Shown in pieces: positions 27,761 to 36,658 of a stretch of 64,000 nt of DNA. The DNA is from a virus. Lineage: Duplodnaviria > Caudoviricetes. The notes below the pieces were generated by a model, which was not told the DNA's origin, made no database searches, and saw nothing but the letters and a program-made list of their open reading frames with translations. The stretch spans positions 1,816 through 65,815 of the IMG/VR virus record IMGVR_UViG_3300044679_000013; one strand, 5' to 3'. The first letter of the stretch is position 1, and the number at the start of each line of letters is the position of its first letter. A program made the translations under genes and the position numbers.

Positions 27761-28285
27761 TTAGCGGGTGATGGTTTTCCCGGCGCCGGCCCCGCCGCCC
27801 GTGTTTGGCTTGCCCGTTCCTGATCCCTGAGATACGGAAAGCGGTTGAGTGGCGCTTCCTGTCACAACTACGGGGATCTGGGCGTTAACCGGAGAACTTG
27901 GAGGGCCGCCAGTCCTGATTTGGCTATAGCCTCGCACGTAATATGTGCCGTTCGGGAGGGTAAATTGACCATTTCGCCACGGTCCTAACGTTTGGCCGCG
28001 CGGATTCGTGAATGCTGGCGAAGTATCGTACTCAACGTGGTAATCAATCGCTCTTGGCACATTGGAATTGTCTGTGATCGCAACGTCTACTAGCCCGTTT
28101 CCGAGGTGTTGGGCTTGAACCTGGGCGACGTTTGCAGGAATTACATCGGCTCCGTTCGGATCGGCCCCGAGTTGGTTGGCGAGACTATTTATTCCACTCG
28201 AAACATCGTCAAAAGCTTCGCCCTGCCTCACAGTCTGAGGATTTTGCTTGATAACGCTCAGGGATTTGACGAGGAGCTTAGGCAT
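27761..28285 (-). CDS. tail-associated Fn3/Ig-like protein
   Basis: YHVEYDTSPAF...GTYYVR motif; coupled to the nozzle gene. Confidence 0.55.
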   Translation of the reverse strand: MPKLLVKSLSVIKQNPQTVRQGEAFDDVSSGINSLANQLGADPNGADVIPANVAQVQAQHLGNGLVDVAITDNSNVPRAIDYHVEYDTSPAFTNPRGQTLGPWRNGQFTLPNGTYYVRGYSQIRTGGPPSSPVNAQIPVVVTGSATQPLSVSQGSGTGKPNTGGGAGAGKTITR

Positions 28286-31200
28286 TAAAGTGCTCCCCTG
28301 ATTGGTATTATGGCTTCGTGCGAACTCAAAACCATATGTGTCAACTGAAATGCCGCATCAGTCTGACCGGCCAACGGAACTGGGTACCATTTGATTGCCA
28401 TCCTTGCCCCAGAATTCACGTTCAACCCCCACTCCAGATCGTTCAAAAGCACTCCGTTTGTAAGGTTGTAGGCTGGGATAGGGTTTTGTGGGCTTCCGCT
28501 CGTTCCCCACGCTTGCGTTAAGGGGTTCCAGACAGTCTGCGTCGTCATCCACGGATTGTTGAGGTTGTTAACCAATGCAAGCGGCTGAATTTGCCCTACG
28601 CCAGTGACGTAGGCTGTCAGATAAGTATTGATCTTCTGGTGCAGACCGAGGCCGGGTGCCATCGATTCCGTATCATGATTGAAGAAGAAATACGTTACGT
28701 AATAACTGGAAATCTGCCCGAAATCATCGTCTGTGTACTTGGCGGAATTCAGGTAGTAGAGATTCCCGGAGAACGTTTTTTGGGGGCCGCCGAAGAACAT
28801 CTGGCGCTGCAGTCCAGGTCTTGTCAGAATTGCTCCGCAGCACATTGGCAGATTCCATCGTGTCCACTTCCGGCATAGATCAGTAGCAATCAACTTCCCT
28901 GAATAGGATGTATGTAAGGGGTCAGGAACGTTGTAAACCGCATCCACCGATCGATAACTCATCGGCAATACGAGGTTTGGAAGTGAACCAGAGCCAATCG
29001 GGACGCCAATATAAACAATTCGCTCAATGGGATCGTCACAGACCCAAACCTGTGTCGGAGCGTTTTGATTGATCGTTTCCCAAGTCGGTTGGATTTCCTG
29101 AGAGATTTTCTTGGGCTGCGATCCGAGGAATAACCGGAATCCGCTTCGCCCAGCCCACCAGGCCACATCTTCTGTCGTATCTACGGCATTCGGCCCAAAA
29201 CAATCACATGCGTCCGCAAAGTCTGTAAACGACCAATCATCCGGCTCAGTTTGACCATTGTTCTGCGTTTGGAATAACGGTCCATCAGTGAGAGCATAGA
29301 GATAGCTTCGTTGCTTGAAAGCCGCTGTGATTTTCGCCGATCCATCTAGCCCCAAGAGTCCGGTTTCGTCGTCGTATCCAAATTCATTGTCAAAATAACT
29401 GAGGCGCATCTGTTGGAATAAAACTGGCTGGCTGGCGTCAATGAATTCGAGTTCGTCTATGATTAAGGTGTTTGCTGTGGCTCCGCCTGCGCCGATAAAA
29501 CCGATCTTGATATAAGCATCTTGGGGAACCGTCGCAAGTGCTGGAAATGTTCCAGTAACCCAGCCTTGAGAACTTGGGATCGTGTTGATAAACGCTCCAG
29601 CAAGGAATCCGGTCGAGGCAGAAAAGATACTGGCACTCAGTAAAACGCTTCCACTCGGTCCAGACACCGATGCGAGACACCTGAAAACGTAAGGAGTGTT
29701 GGGTGCGATAATCGGCCCGCCATAATAATCCTGATAACAGGGTTGGGTCATGTAGACTTCGGTGTCTTGGCTCACCATCTGCACCGCGAAGCCTAGCGAC
29801 TGATCTGTTTGCGCTGTAAGGGTAACCGCTCCCGAAGTCGTCCAATTCGGAGGGTCGCCATAGACAGACAGGACATAGAAAGGAACGCCCGTTTGTGTTC
29901 CCGCTCCAACTCCTGAAAGAACTAGCGCTGTTCCGCTGGTCACAGATGCAATCGGGTACGGCAACCCATTGATATAGATCGTCGCGCCGGCAAAGCCCGA
30001 AAGAAATTCATTTCCGCCAACGAGCGTTACATTGTCCCCGGAAACATTCACAATCCCGCTGGCTGGCGTGTAGCCACCATCCAATCCTGAGTTAAGAATA
30101 TTTTTGACGTTGTTGATTTCGCCCCACCATCCCATTCTCCCTTCGTACTCAATACATCCTAAACATGGTGCGAGTACGACTTGATTGAATAGATTATTGC
30201 CTTGAATATCAATCTCGGTCCCTGCGGTCAATTGGGCATCAGAGAAGTCAAGGATTCCAGCGATGGTCGTATTGTCGTTGATAATTGTTCCGAGAGAGAG
30301 AACGGGAGAAAGACCGGCAGTCGAAGGGATATATGCGGGCGTGACGTAGAAATAAGACGATCCGTAGGCTGGAGTAAATGCAATAATTCGTTTGGCTGTT
30401 CCGGGAGGGCCGATCAGGAGGTTGCTGTAAGAAAGAAGGTTTGTTCCTCCATCCACGGAGATTTGAATCGGAACGGACGGCGCCGTTTGCGCTCCATCCT
30501 CTGATTCGAATATCAGCACAGCATTTCTTGGCCCTGGCGGAATCTGTGCCTGAAGTTGAGCCTGTGGAGTTCCACCTGTAGAGGTTAGACTGATGTCTGG
30601 GCCGAGTTGGAAGTAGGTAAAATAGTTGTTTCCGTTCGCGTCTACTCCAACCGAAAGGATCTGAAAGATTCCACTCCATTGCTGATAGACCGAACCCCCC
30701 GAAGAAGATGTTATCGCCCCGCTGCCCCATGTCGGATTACTGATGGTGAAAACAGTTGTGCCCCCAGAGGCAGACAGAACCTGATATACCGTCTGTGATC
30801 CTACGGGAAAGTCAGTTGTGTCTGAGGCGTTGATATACAGCACACTTCCCGAGGAAAGGTTTGTGAGTTGCGTGGAAATCGTGACCGTAACGAGGCCAGT
30901 AGAATCCCGAACAATGGAAGCTATTGTCCAGTTTGGCCCGTTAATCTGCGAGCCGTTGGAATTGATGATTTGGGCATAGAAGCCAGCTTGAAATTGGCTT
31001 GGTGGAGTTCCACCCGTATAGGCTGTGACAATGCTTGCTTGACGAGAGAAATAGTTTCCCGAAAGAGTGGCTACTCCACTTTGTCCAGTAAGATCGACAA
31101 AGGTACTTCCAGTACCGACATTGAGGATAAAACCGCCTGCAATAATTTCTACGAGAATCCCAGTCACGTTGACCAAGGAAGCATTGGCTCCAGTTAATCC

Positions 31201-31917
31201 AGTGATTGTAACTTGGGTATTGAGCCATGATGCGGGTGGCCCCGATGCGGTCATGTAGGTGATTGTCGCGTAAACCGTAGTAACAATTGGGGATTCGCCT
31301 CCTGGGTTGGGATTGAGAATCCGATGCATCCCGCTACTAATTGCCGAGGTAACAAGTTCCGTGCCAGATGGACTCGTCGTAACTAATGGGATCGGCGATG
31401 TCGGAACATTTGCGAAGGTCGGAGCGAATCCTGGCGCATCTTGTGTAACTCTCCATACATTTTTCCCATCGTAGTATCTCGGGACATCGCAACCAACAAA
31501 TGGGCTATCGGTAAAGATGCTGGTTTCACTCGGATTAAAGAATGCGAAAAATTGTTTATCAAAGGCGGTGACTGAACGGAATTGCGATCCCGGCGTAATG
31601 GCTACTGTACCGATCTGAGCTATCGCTAGACTTGCGGCATCCTGCTGCCAGAGACTTCCGTTGGACGATAGCCAGATGTCGAGATTGTCTCCTGTTGGTT
31701 GGGCGTACTCTGTGAGAGATAGCTTGCTACCTGTATCGGTTGGACTTGTCAGAGCTCGATTGACGGCAGGGCGCGTACCTACTTGGCCGGGAAGGAATAC
31801 TACATCGGCGCAGTCAGGCGACAATCCCGCAGGCAAATCAGTCGGGAACATGTCTTCATAAAGTGAACTGAATAATTCAAGTGCCTGGTTGAAGGCATTG
31901 GCAGCGTTGATTGTCAA
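28285..31917 (-). CDS. tail nozzle / packaged-DNA stabilisation protein with inserted beta domains
   Basis: LSPDC.DV.F..G....RP N-terminus; C.GPNA...W....G...F.G..P.KISQEI...W..IN propeller motifs; follows the adaptor. Confidence 0.65.
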   Translation of the reverse strand: MTINAANAFNQALELFSSLYEDMFPTDLPAGLSPDCADVVFLPGQVGTRPAVNRALTSPTDTGSKLSLTEYAQPTGDNLDIWLSSNGSLWQQDAASLAIAQIGTVAITPGSQFRSVTAFDKQFFAFFNPSETSIFTDSPFVGCDVPRYYDGKNVWRVTQDAPGFAPTFANVPTSPIPLVTTSPSGTELVTSAISSGMHRILNPNPGGESPIVTTVYATITYMTASGPPASWLNTQVTITGLTGANASLVNVTGILVEIIAGGFILNVGTGSTFVDLTGQSGVATLSGNYFSRQASIVTAYTGGTPPSQFQAGFYAQIINSNGSQINGPNWTIASIVRDSTGLVTVTISTQLTNLSSGSVLYINASDTTDFPVGSQTVYQVLSASGGTTVFTISNPTWGSGAITSSSGGSVYQQWSGIFQILSVGVDANGNNYFTYFQLGPDISLTSTGGTPQAQLQAQIPPGPRNAVLIFESEDGAQTAPSVPIQISVDGGTNLLSYSNLLIGPPGTAKRIIAFTPAYGSSYFYVTPAYIPSTAGLSPVLSLGTIINDNTTIAGILDFSDAQLTAGTEIDIQGNNLFNQVVLAPCLGCIEYEGRMGWWGEINNVKNILNSGLDGGYTPASGIVNVSGDNVTLVGGNEFLSGFAGATIYINGLPYPIASVTSGTALVLSGVGAGTQTGVPFYVLSVYGDPPNWTTSGAVTLTAQTDQSLGFAVQMVSQDTEVYMTQPCYQDYYGGPIIAPNTPYVFRCLASVSGPSGSVLLSASIFSASTGFLAGAFINTIPSSQGWVTGTFPALATVPQDAYIKIGFIGAGGATANTLIIDELEFIDASQPVLFQQMRLSYFDNEFGYDDETGLLGLDGSAKITAAFKQRSYLYALTDGPLFQTQNNGQTEPDDWSFTDFADACDCFGPNAVDTTEDVAWWAGRSGFRLFLGSQPKKISQEIQPTWETINQNAPTQVWVCDDPIERIVYIGVPIGSGSLPNLVLPMSYRSVDAVYNVPDPLHTSYSGKLIATDLCRKWTRWNLPMCCGAILTRPGLQRQMFFGGPQKTFSGNLYYLNSAKYTDDDFGQISSYYVTYFFFNHDTESMAPGLGLHQKINTYLTAYVTGVGQIQPLALVNNLNNPWMTTQTVWNPLTQAWGTSGSPQNPIPAYNLTNGVLLNDLEWGLNVNSGARMAIKWYPVPLAGQTDAAFQLTHMVLSSHEAIIPIRGAL

Positions 31918-32688
31918 CTATCGCCGCCTTCCTGCCCGCGTTCCCCTGAAAGGCTTCCTGTTATACGCCCCGTATTGCTCCTTGCGATCTGTGGGCGAGA
32001 CCATGAGCATCACTTCCGCCTCGGCTCTAGCATGGAATTGTGCCGTAGCTTCTGCCCCGCCGCGCCCCATAGAAAGCAACTCGGCAATCAAAGATCCCAT
32101 CGCCACTTCACAATCTAGAATTGGGACTTGCTGAGTGACCGAGGTAAGTCTTGGCGTGGCCACCAGATACTTCATCTTCACATCGTTGGATTGTGATGCG
32201 GGAGGGAGATAAAGAATATCGCTCTCGTAATCCCAGATGCCAAAGCGAGACGTAATCGTTCTTGTGGAAATAGAGTCGGATGCTTGCTTCATCGGAACCC
32301 AGGAACCCGTGTTTGTTCCTGACGTGACGGTCGCACGCTCCCAGAGTTCTAGTGGCTCAATCAGATCAGATGGCAGGGTAGGAGTTGAGGAATTCGAGAC
32401 GCCGTTAAAGTACCCTGAGTACATCAACTGCATCTGTACGGTCGGATCGGTAGTTGCCGAAGCTCCCAAACCAACCGCTGTACCATATTTGCTGTAAGTA
32501 TTGACTCCTGCCTTTGTTAGCATCTTTCGCAGAGTCTTGTGCGCCAAATCAGCCATGGGGAGAGAAAACGGCTGAGTATCCGCAAGCAGGTTTCCGAGAA
32601 TAGATTGGGCTGCATCGTTACAGATGACGCGCGCGGCCTGCAAACAATTCTCGACTTGTGGATACGGCGCTGAACTTACTACTGGCAT
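31918..32688 (-). CDS. head-tail adaptor (tail tubular protein A-like)
   Basis: LPSD.I.P.ELWER, LYLPP and helical C-terminus; position before nozzle. Confidence 0.6.
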   Translation of the reverse strand: MPVVSSAPYPQVENCLQAARVICNDAAQSILGNLLADTQPFSLPMADLAHKTLRKMLTKAGVNTYSKYGTAVGLGASATTDPTVQMQLMYSGYFNGVSNSSTPTLPSDLIEPLELWERATVTSGTNTGSWVPMKQASDSISTRTITSRFGIWDYESDILYLPPASQSNDVKMKYLVATPRLTSVTQQVPILDCEVAMGSLIAELLSMGRGGAEATAQFHARAEAEVMLMVSPTDRKEQYGAYNRKPFRGTRAGRRR

Positions 32689-32691
32689 TGG

Positions 32692-33576
32692 TTAAGCCTT
32701 TTTCGGACGTGTCGCGATTTCTTCTTTCATCTGTTCATAAGCTGCCGGGTTCAAGACGTTCTTGCAATTCGGACAGACAATCAAATTTGGCTTAATCATC
32801 GTGCCGCAGAATCCGCAGGCTTCCAGAGTCTCCTCAATCATGATCGAGGCCCATGGGCGCGTTTCCTTTTTCCCCGTAATGTGATTGAAGGCTCTCAAGC
32901 ATTCGCGGTGCCATGGGCCGATATATCGGCGCTGCTGTGGATCGCCCATGTACCAGTCGTCTGCCTCGCGAATTCTGGACTGAAGATCACCTAATAGCTT
33001 GGCCGTGGCCTCGGCAATCATCTTCTTTTGCTCATGCTTTGGAACAAGATATTCGAGCAGGAGTCGCTCTGCTTCGGTTTTGCTGGCGTGGGCTAATTGT
33101 TTGCGCCTTAGCTCAGGGAGATATTCGGGATCGAACGGCCGCTTGCTGATGAAAACGCCGAAGTTGGTTAACTGCGCGCTAGGGTGACTCTCCACTCCAT
33201 CCGAGATTCCGCACACATCCATCGCGATATCCATCCCGCCCTCGATGAATGGTTGCTGTCTGCCGAGACCATTATTGTGCCAGCGAACGATAGCTCCCTT
33301 GATCGGGAAGGGTATGGATACAGGCTTGTCCCAGTCGCGAGGCGGGATAACGATGGTCCCCAGTTGCCCTTGCGGTTTCTCCCACTTATGAATCGGGCTG
33401 ACGTTGTAGATATAGACCATATTCAACTCGCCATCGGCAAGCTGCTGAGCTTCATATGGCATTAGTGGCCTACGCCCCTTCTTGTTGTGGGCCGCCATAA
33501 CCTTCTGAACAACATCGTTTCGTGACTGACTGCCTGCACCAAACAAACTTGGGTCTGTGCTGAGTAACTCTGGCAT
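32692..33576 (-). CDS. hypothetical protein with C-terminal Zn ribbon
   Basis: CGFC...CPNC; tightly packed in the structural operon. Confidence 0.65.
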   Translation of the reverse strand: MPELLSTDPSLFGAGSQSRNDVVQKVMAAHNKKGRRPLMPYEAQQLADGELNMVYIYNVSPIHKWEKPQGQLGTIVIPPRDWDKPVSIPFPIKGAIVRWHNNGLGRQQPFIEGGMDIAMDVCGISDGVESHPSAQLTNFGVFISKRPFDPEYLPELRRKQLAHASKTEAERLLLEYLVPKHEQKKMIAEATAKLLGDLQSRIREADDWYMGDPQQRRYIGPWHRECLRAFNHITGKKETRPWASIMIEETLEACGFCGTMIKPNLIVCPNCKNVLNPAAYEQMKEEIATRPKKA

Positions 33577-34260
33577 TTATCCTGTCCTCTTTTGTCGGAA
33601 TCCGGCGCGGAACTTGTTGGCATTGATGTAAGCTCCAACTCGCTCAATCTTCCGCGCCATATCTTCAATCTCTTGTGCTTTATTGACCGATCTACCACCG
33701 TAGCCGATAGTCAGGCCTTCGCGCGTAGCTTGCTGTTCAGCCCATCGCTCATCGAATAACTGGTCTTTGCGGCGCTCTTTTTCTAGTTCTTCATCTCTCA
33801 GGGCAATTCGAATGTCTGAGTAGGAGTTGACTCTTCCCATCCAAACGGCACGCGCGGCCAATTCAACCAATCCAGGTTCCAGTGGAACAAATCCATCCCA
33901 GCCTTTAATTGGCTTGCCATCTTGATCTTTCAACTGAAACACTTCGCAGGATTCGTACTCACCGTGAACTGGAAATGGCCCACAAGAATAGAATCCGTCT
34001 GCGGTCACCGTGTTTCGTTCCCACGCTTCAGGATTTCCGTATCTTGACGCCGCCATCCATCGTTCGAGAATCCACTTCGGACTAACTCCGTACTTTGGAA
34101 CTACTCGATATTCGTGTACTGCTCGGTCTTCCCAAAACCCTCCCATGATCCGCGTGCGCGACGGTGCCCAGACAACTCGGAAGTTTCTCTCTCCATAGGG
34201 ATTTCGGCCAAACTTCTCTAGGCCCTCCGTCATGCGTTCTGGGGCGAGGATTAGGCGCAT
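33577..34260 (-). CDS. hypothetical head-region protein
   Basis: Long ORF in operon context; FG.NPYG..NFRVVW and WILERW motifs. Confidence 0.65.
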   Translation of the reverse strand: MRLILAPERMTEGLEKFGRNPYGERNFRVVWAPSRTRIMGGFWEDRAVHEYRVVPKYGVSPKWILERWMAASRYGNPEAWERNTVTADGFYSCGPFPVHGEYESCEVFQLKDQDGKPIKGWDGFVPLEPGLVELAARAVWMGRVNSYSDIRIALRDEELEKERRKDQLFDERWAEQQATREGLTIGYGGRSVNKAQEIEDMARKIERVGAYINANKFRAGFRQKRTG

Positions 34261-34529
34261 GGCACGCTCGAAACGACCAATAAATCAGTGGGCTGCATAT
34301 CGGAAGGCAGTTGGTCAAGATAGATGCGTTTGAGCTTTATACTAACGGCCATCACCGTGACGGCTCCACGATGCACGTTTCCGTCATTTGAATAGACTTC
34401 TATTCTGCTTCCCTCTGCGAATGATTTAGGTGCGCAGACTTCAATCCAATCCTTGCGGCGGCAGAAATCGAGCGCCGTATCAAGTACACCTGCACCATCC
34501 AGCGGGTAGGCATCGTTTTCTAATGGCAT
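34251..34529 (-). CDS. hypothetical protein (probably leaderless)
   Basis: ATG 6 nt after GATAAT of the late box, no RBS. Confidence 0.6.
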   Translation of the reverse strand: MPLENDAYPLDGAGVLDTALDFCRRKDWIEVCAPKSFAEGSRIEVYSNDGNVHRGAVTVMAVSIKLKRIYLDQLPSDMQPTDLLVVSSVPCA

Positions 34530-34530
34530 C

Positions 34531-34548
34531 TCTGGATTATCTAAACTG
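34531..34548 (-). promoter_or_regulatory. late promoter box
   Basis: CAGTTTAGATAATCCAGA, identical to the 27726-27743 copy. Confidence 0.75.
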
Positions 34549-34582
34549 AAAAAAGGGCTGCGATTCGTGAAAATCGCAGCCC
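34549..34582 (-). terminator. intrinsic terminator
   Basis: 11-bp stem GGGCTGCGATT/AATCGCAGCCC, 6-nt loop, followed by T6 on the - strand. Confidence 0.85.
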
Positions 34583-34632
34583 GTGAAGAGGGTTCTTCTC
34601 TAGGCCTTGCGTCATGTGCTCGGGAGCTAGAA

Positions 34633-34983
34633 TCAGGCGCATGAAAGATTCACAATCTTGGCAATAATCTCGCCTTCGCGCGCAAAGCATACCTGCGAGT
34701 CGGCCACCTCACTCACGAGTTCAATAGGAATACCCGCGAGAGTACGCGGGAAATGTTTATAGCGAACGCGCGCCTCCATTTCGCTCGTCAATATGGATAC
34801 CGCCACAAAGCCCGAATTAATCTCGAACGAATCACATTGTCGGCGGGTCATCCAAACGCAATCTGGTTGTCCGTGGTTCTCGTGACACCTGTCCAAATGC
34901 AGAAGTACTTGCTGCACCATAACTGGAGACAGATTGGCTCCTTCTGCGTTCAGGACGTAAGCGTTCGCAGCCAGCAATGTCAT
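34633..34983 (-). CDS. hypothetical protein (moron-like, probably leaderless)
   Basis: ATG 7 nt after AATAAT of the late box; bracketed by the 40-bp repeats. Confidence 0.65.
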   Translation of the reverse strand: MTLLAANAYVLNAEGANLSPVMVQQVLLHLDRCHENHGQPDCVWMTRRQCDSFEINSGFVAVSILTSEMEARVRYKHFPRTLAGIPIELVSEVADSQVCFAREGEIIAKIVNLSCA

Positions 34984-34985
34984 TG

Positions 34986-35001
34986 TCGGGATTATTTAAA
35001 C
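34986..35001 (-). promoter_or_regulatory. late promoter box
   Basis: GTTTAAATAATCCCGA. Confidence 0.75.
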
Positions 35002-35009
35002 GAAAGAAT

Positions 35010-35037
35010 GGGCTGCGATTCGTGAAAATCGCAGCCC
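35010..35037 (-). terminator. terminator hairpin downstream of the major capsid gene
   Basis: Same 11-bp stem, weaker tail (ATTCTTT). Confidence 0.7.
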
Positions 35038-35059
35038 GTGAAGAGGGTTAACCAGCTAA

Positions 35060-36364
35060 CTAAAAGTTGCTGGGTTTAGACAACGTATCCGAGTACGCGC
35101 CAGACCTTGCACGACTTGTGGCCACTTGAAATCCACAGACGAAGTAGAAAGCCTGCGCCGTTGCGACTCCACCATCCCCGCCATAGAGCGGAAATACGGT
35201 GATGCCGTCCACATCAAACAGAGCACAAGGCTTCGATTCGACGCGGAACCAATACTTCATGCAAACCAAGTCAAGGCGCGCTGGTAGGGCGTGGATGTTG
35301 GTAATCAATTCACGTCCAGCGATGGTCTTGATGCGCTTTTTCTTCAGATAATCCATGCGCTCATCGCCGCCCTTCTGACCTTCCTGCATGGTGAATGCAG
35401 TCTGACCAGAGCCAGAAGAGAAGCCGCCGGCGGAAGTGCTCACAAGTCCAAGCAACTCCCAAGAAGTGACCTGATCCACATTGCAGTGGGCAATGATTTC
35501 GTCCAAATCCTCAGTGTCAACGCCAGTAGCACGCTGCATGTAGGATTCGAGCGTCTGAATAATCAGCGGCGTCAAGGGACCCGAAGAGCCGCTAACGTAA
35601 GGCGTCGAGAGAATGCCAGGATAGCTCGCCCGAGGTACGCCAAACCAGTTACCTGTCGTGGATGACAGGTTAATGGCCGGAATACCGTTCAGGGAGGTAT
35701 TGGCAGTTCCCGAAGAGCCGTTGACCAAGAGCAAGTCGCCAGAGGTTGTTCCACCCGGTGCGGCTGCCTGCAGATAGAGAATGTTATTGACCGAATCGAC
35801 TGTCAGCACGGTAATGGTGCCACGATTCGTTCCGCCCAGAGCCGACCAGACTTGGTAGGTATTCTGAGACTGGAAGTTATTCGCGTTGGTGACCGTCAAC
35901 TGGCCGGCAGTCGAAGCACTGGAAACCGTTGCCAAAGTACCGGAGCCATCCGAGGAGGCCACAAGGCCTTCCAGATTAGTGCGGAACTGGCGAAGGTTCA
36001 GTTTGAAGGAATCTTTGAATACATCGACAACAGACTTCTCTTTCGAGTCAGTCTCCCACTCGGCTTCTTTCGTGATCTGAACAGCCTGGTTGAAATAAAC
36101 CGGAGTGGTAGTGCCGTTGTCGTACTTCTCGCCAGCTCCCGGACCCATTGAAGTGCCGTCAGGGGTGAACTGGTTAAAGAGTGATCCTGGGTAGGGAAGG
36201 AATGGAATACGGGCCAAACGTCCGCCGACTTCGAGTAGGTCAGTGCGAACGGAAAGGCGCGTCAGGAACGTGTCATCTTGCTGAAATTGCGGGTAAACTG
36301 AGTCGCGAACTTTTTCCAGTTCGACGCCAATAGATGCCGCTGCATTTAGTGCTGGCTGAGCCAT
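35060..36364 (-). CDS. major capsid protein
   Basis: 434 aa after scaffold, GAGG RBS, own promoter and terminator; G.GTLATV insertion-domain pattern of HK97-fold coats. Confidence 0.8.
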   Translation of the reverse strand: MAQPALNAAASIGVELEKVRDSVYPQFQQDDTFLTRLSVRTDLLEVGGRLARIPFLPYPGSLFNQFTPDGTSMGPGAGEKYDNGTTTPVYFNQAVQITKEAEWETDSKEKSVVDVFKDSFKLNLRQFRTNLEGLVASSDGSGTLATVSSASTAGQLTVTNANNFQSQNTYQVWSALGGTNRGTITVLTVDSVNNILYLQAAAPGGTTSGDLLLVNGSSGTANTSLNGIPAINLSSTTGNWFGVPRASYPGILSTPYVSGSSGPLTPLIIQTLESYMQRATGVDTEDLDEIIAHCNVDQVTSWELLGLVSTSAGGFSSGSGQTAFTMQEGQKGGDERMDYLKKKRIKTIAGRELITNIHALPARLDLVCMKYWFRVESKPCALFDVDGITVFPLYGGDGGVATAQAFYFVCGFQVATSRARSGAYSDTLSKPSNF

Positions 36365-36478
36365 AAATTACACCTCAAAGAAAATGAAATGAAGTTCACT
36401 TCCCTTGTCTTCGAGGCATCGGCTCGTTTTATGCGGGTTACGGTCCCGGTTGACGCTGCCAGTTAGAACAATGGGGTC

Positions 36479-36496
36479 TCGGGATTATCTAAACTG
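36479..36496 (-). promoter_or_regulatory. late promoter box upstream of the capsid gene
   Basis: CAGTTTAGATAATCCCGA, ~115 nt before the ATG. Confidence 0.75.
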
Positions 36497-36658
36497 AATC
36501 TGGAGTTTTGAGGGGTGGGGCCGATTTTCCTTGTCCCGCGCCTTCTGGGGCTTTCGCCTTAGGTAAGCATTCACCCGCTCGTGAATGGAAGAATGATTTC
36601 TCCGTCCGCCGCTCGATCAGCCCCTTTATTTCCGAGCGGTTCTTTCGGGATCAGGATG

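Larger units (their letters stand above)
34555..35049. repeat. exact 40-bp direct repeat (34555-34594 and 35010-35049) flanking gene 34633-34983
   Basis: GGGCTGCGATTCGTGAAAATCGCAGCCCGTGAAGAGGGTT occurs twice. Confidence 0.95.
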
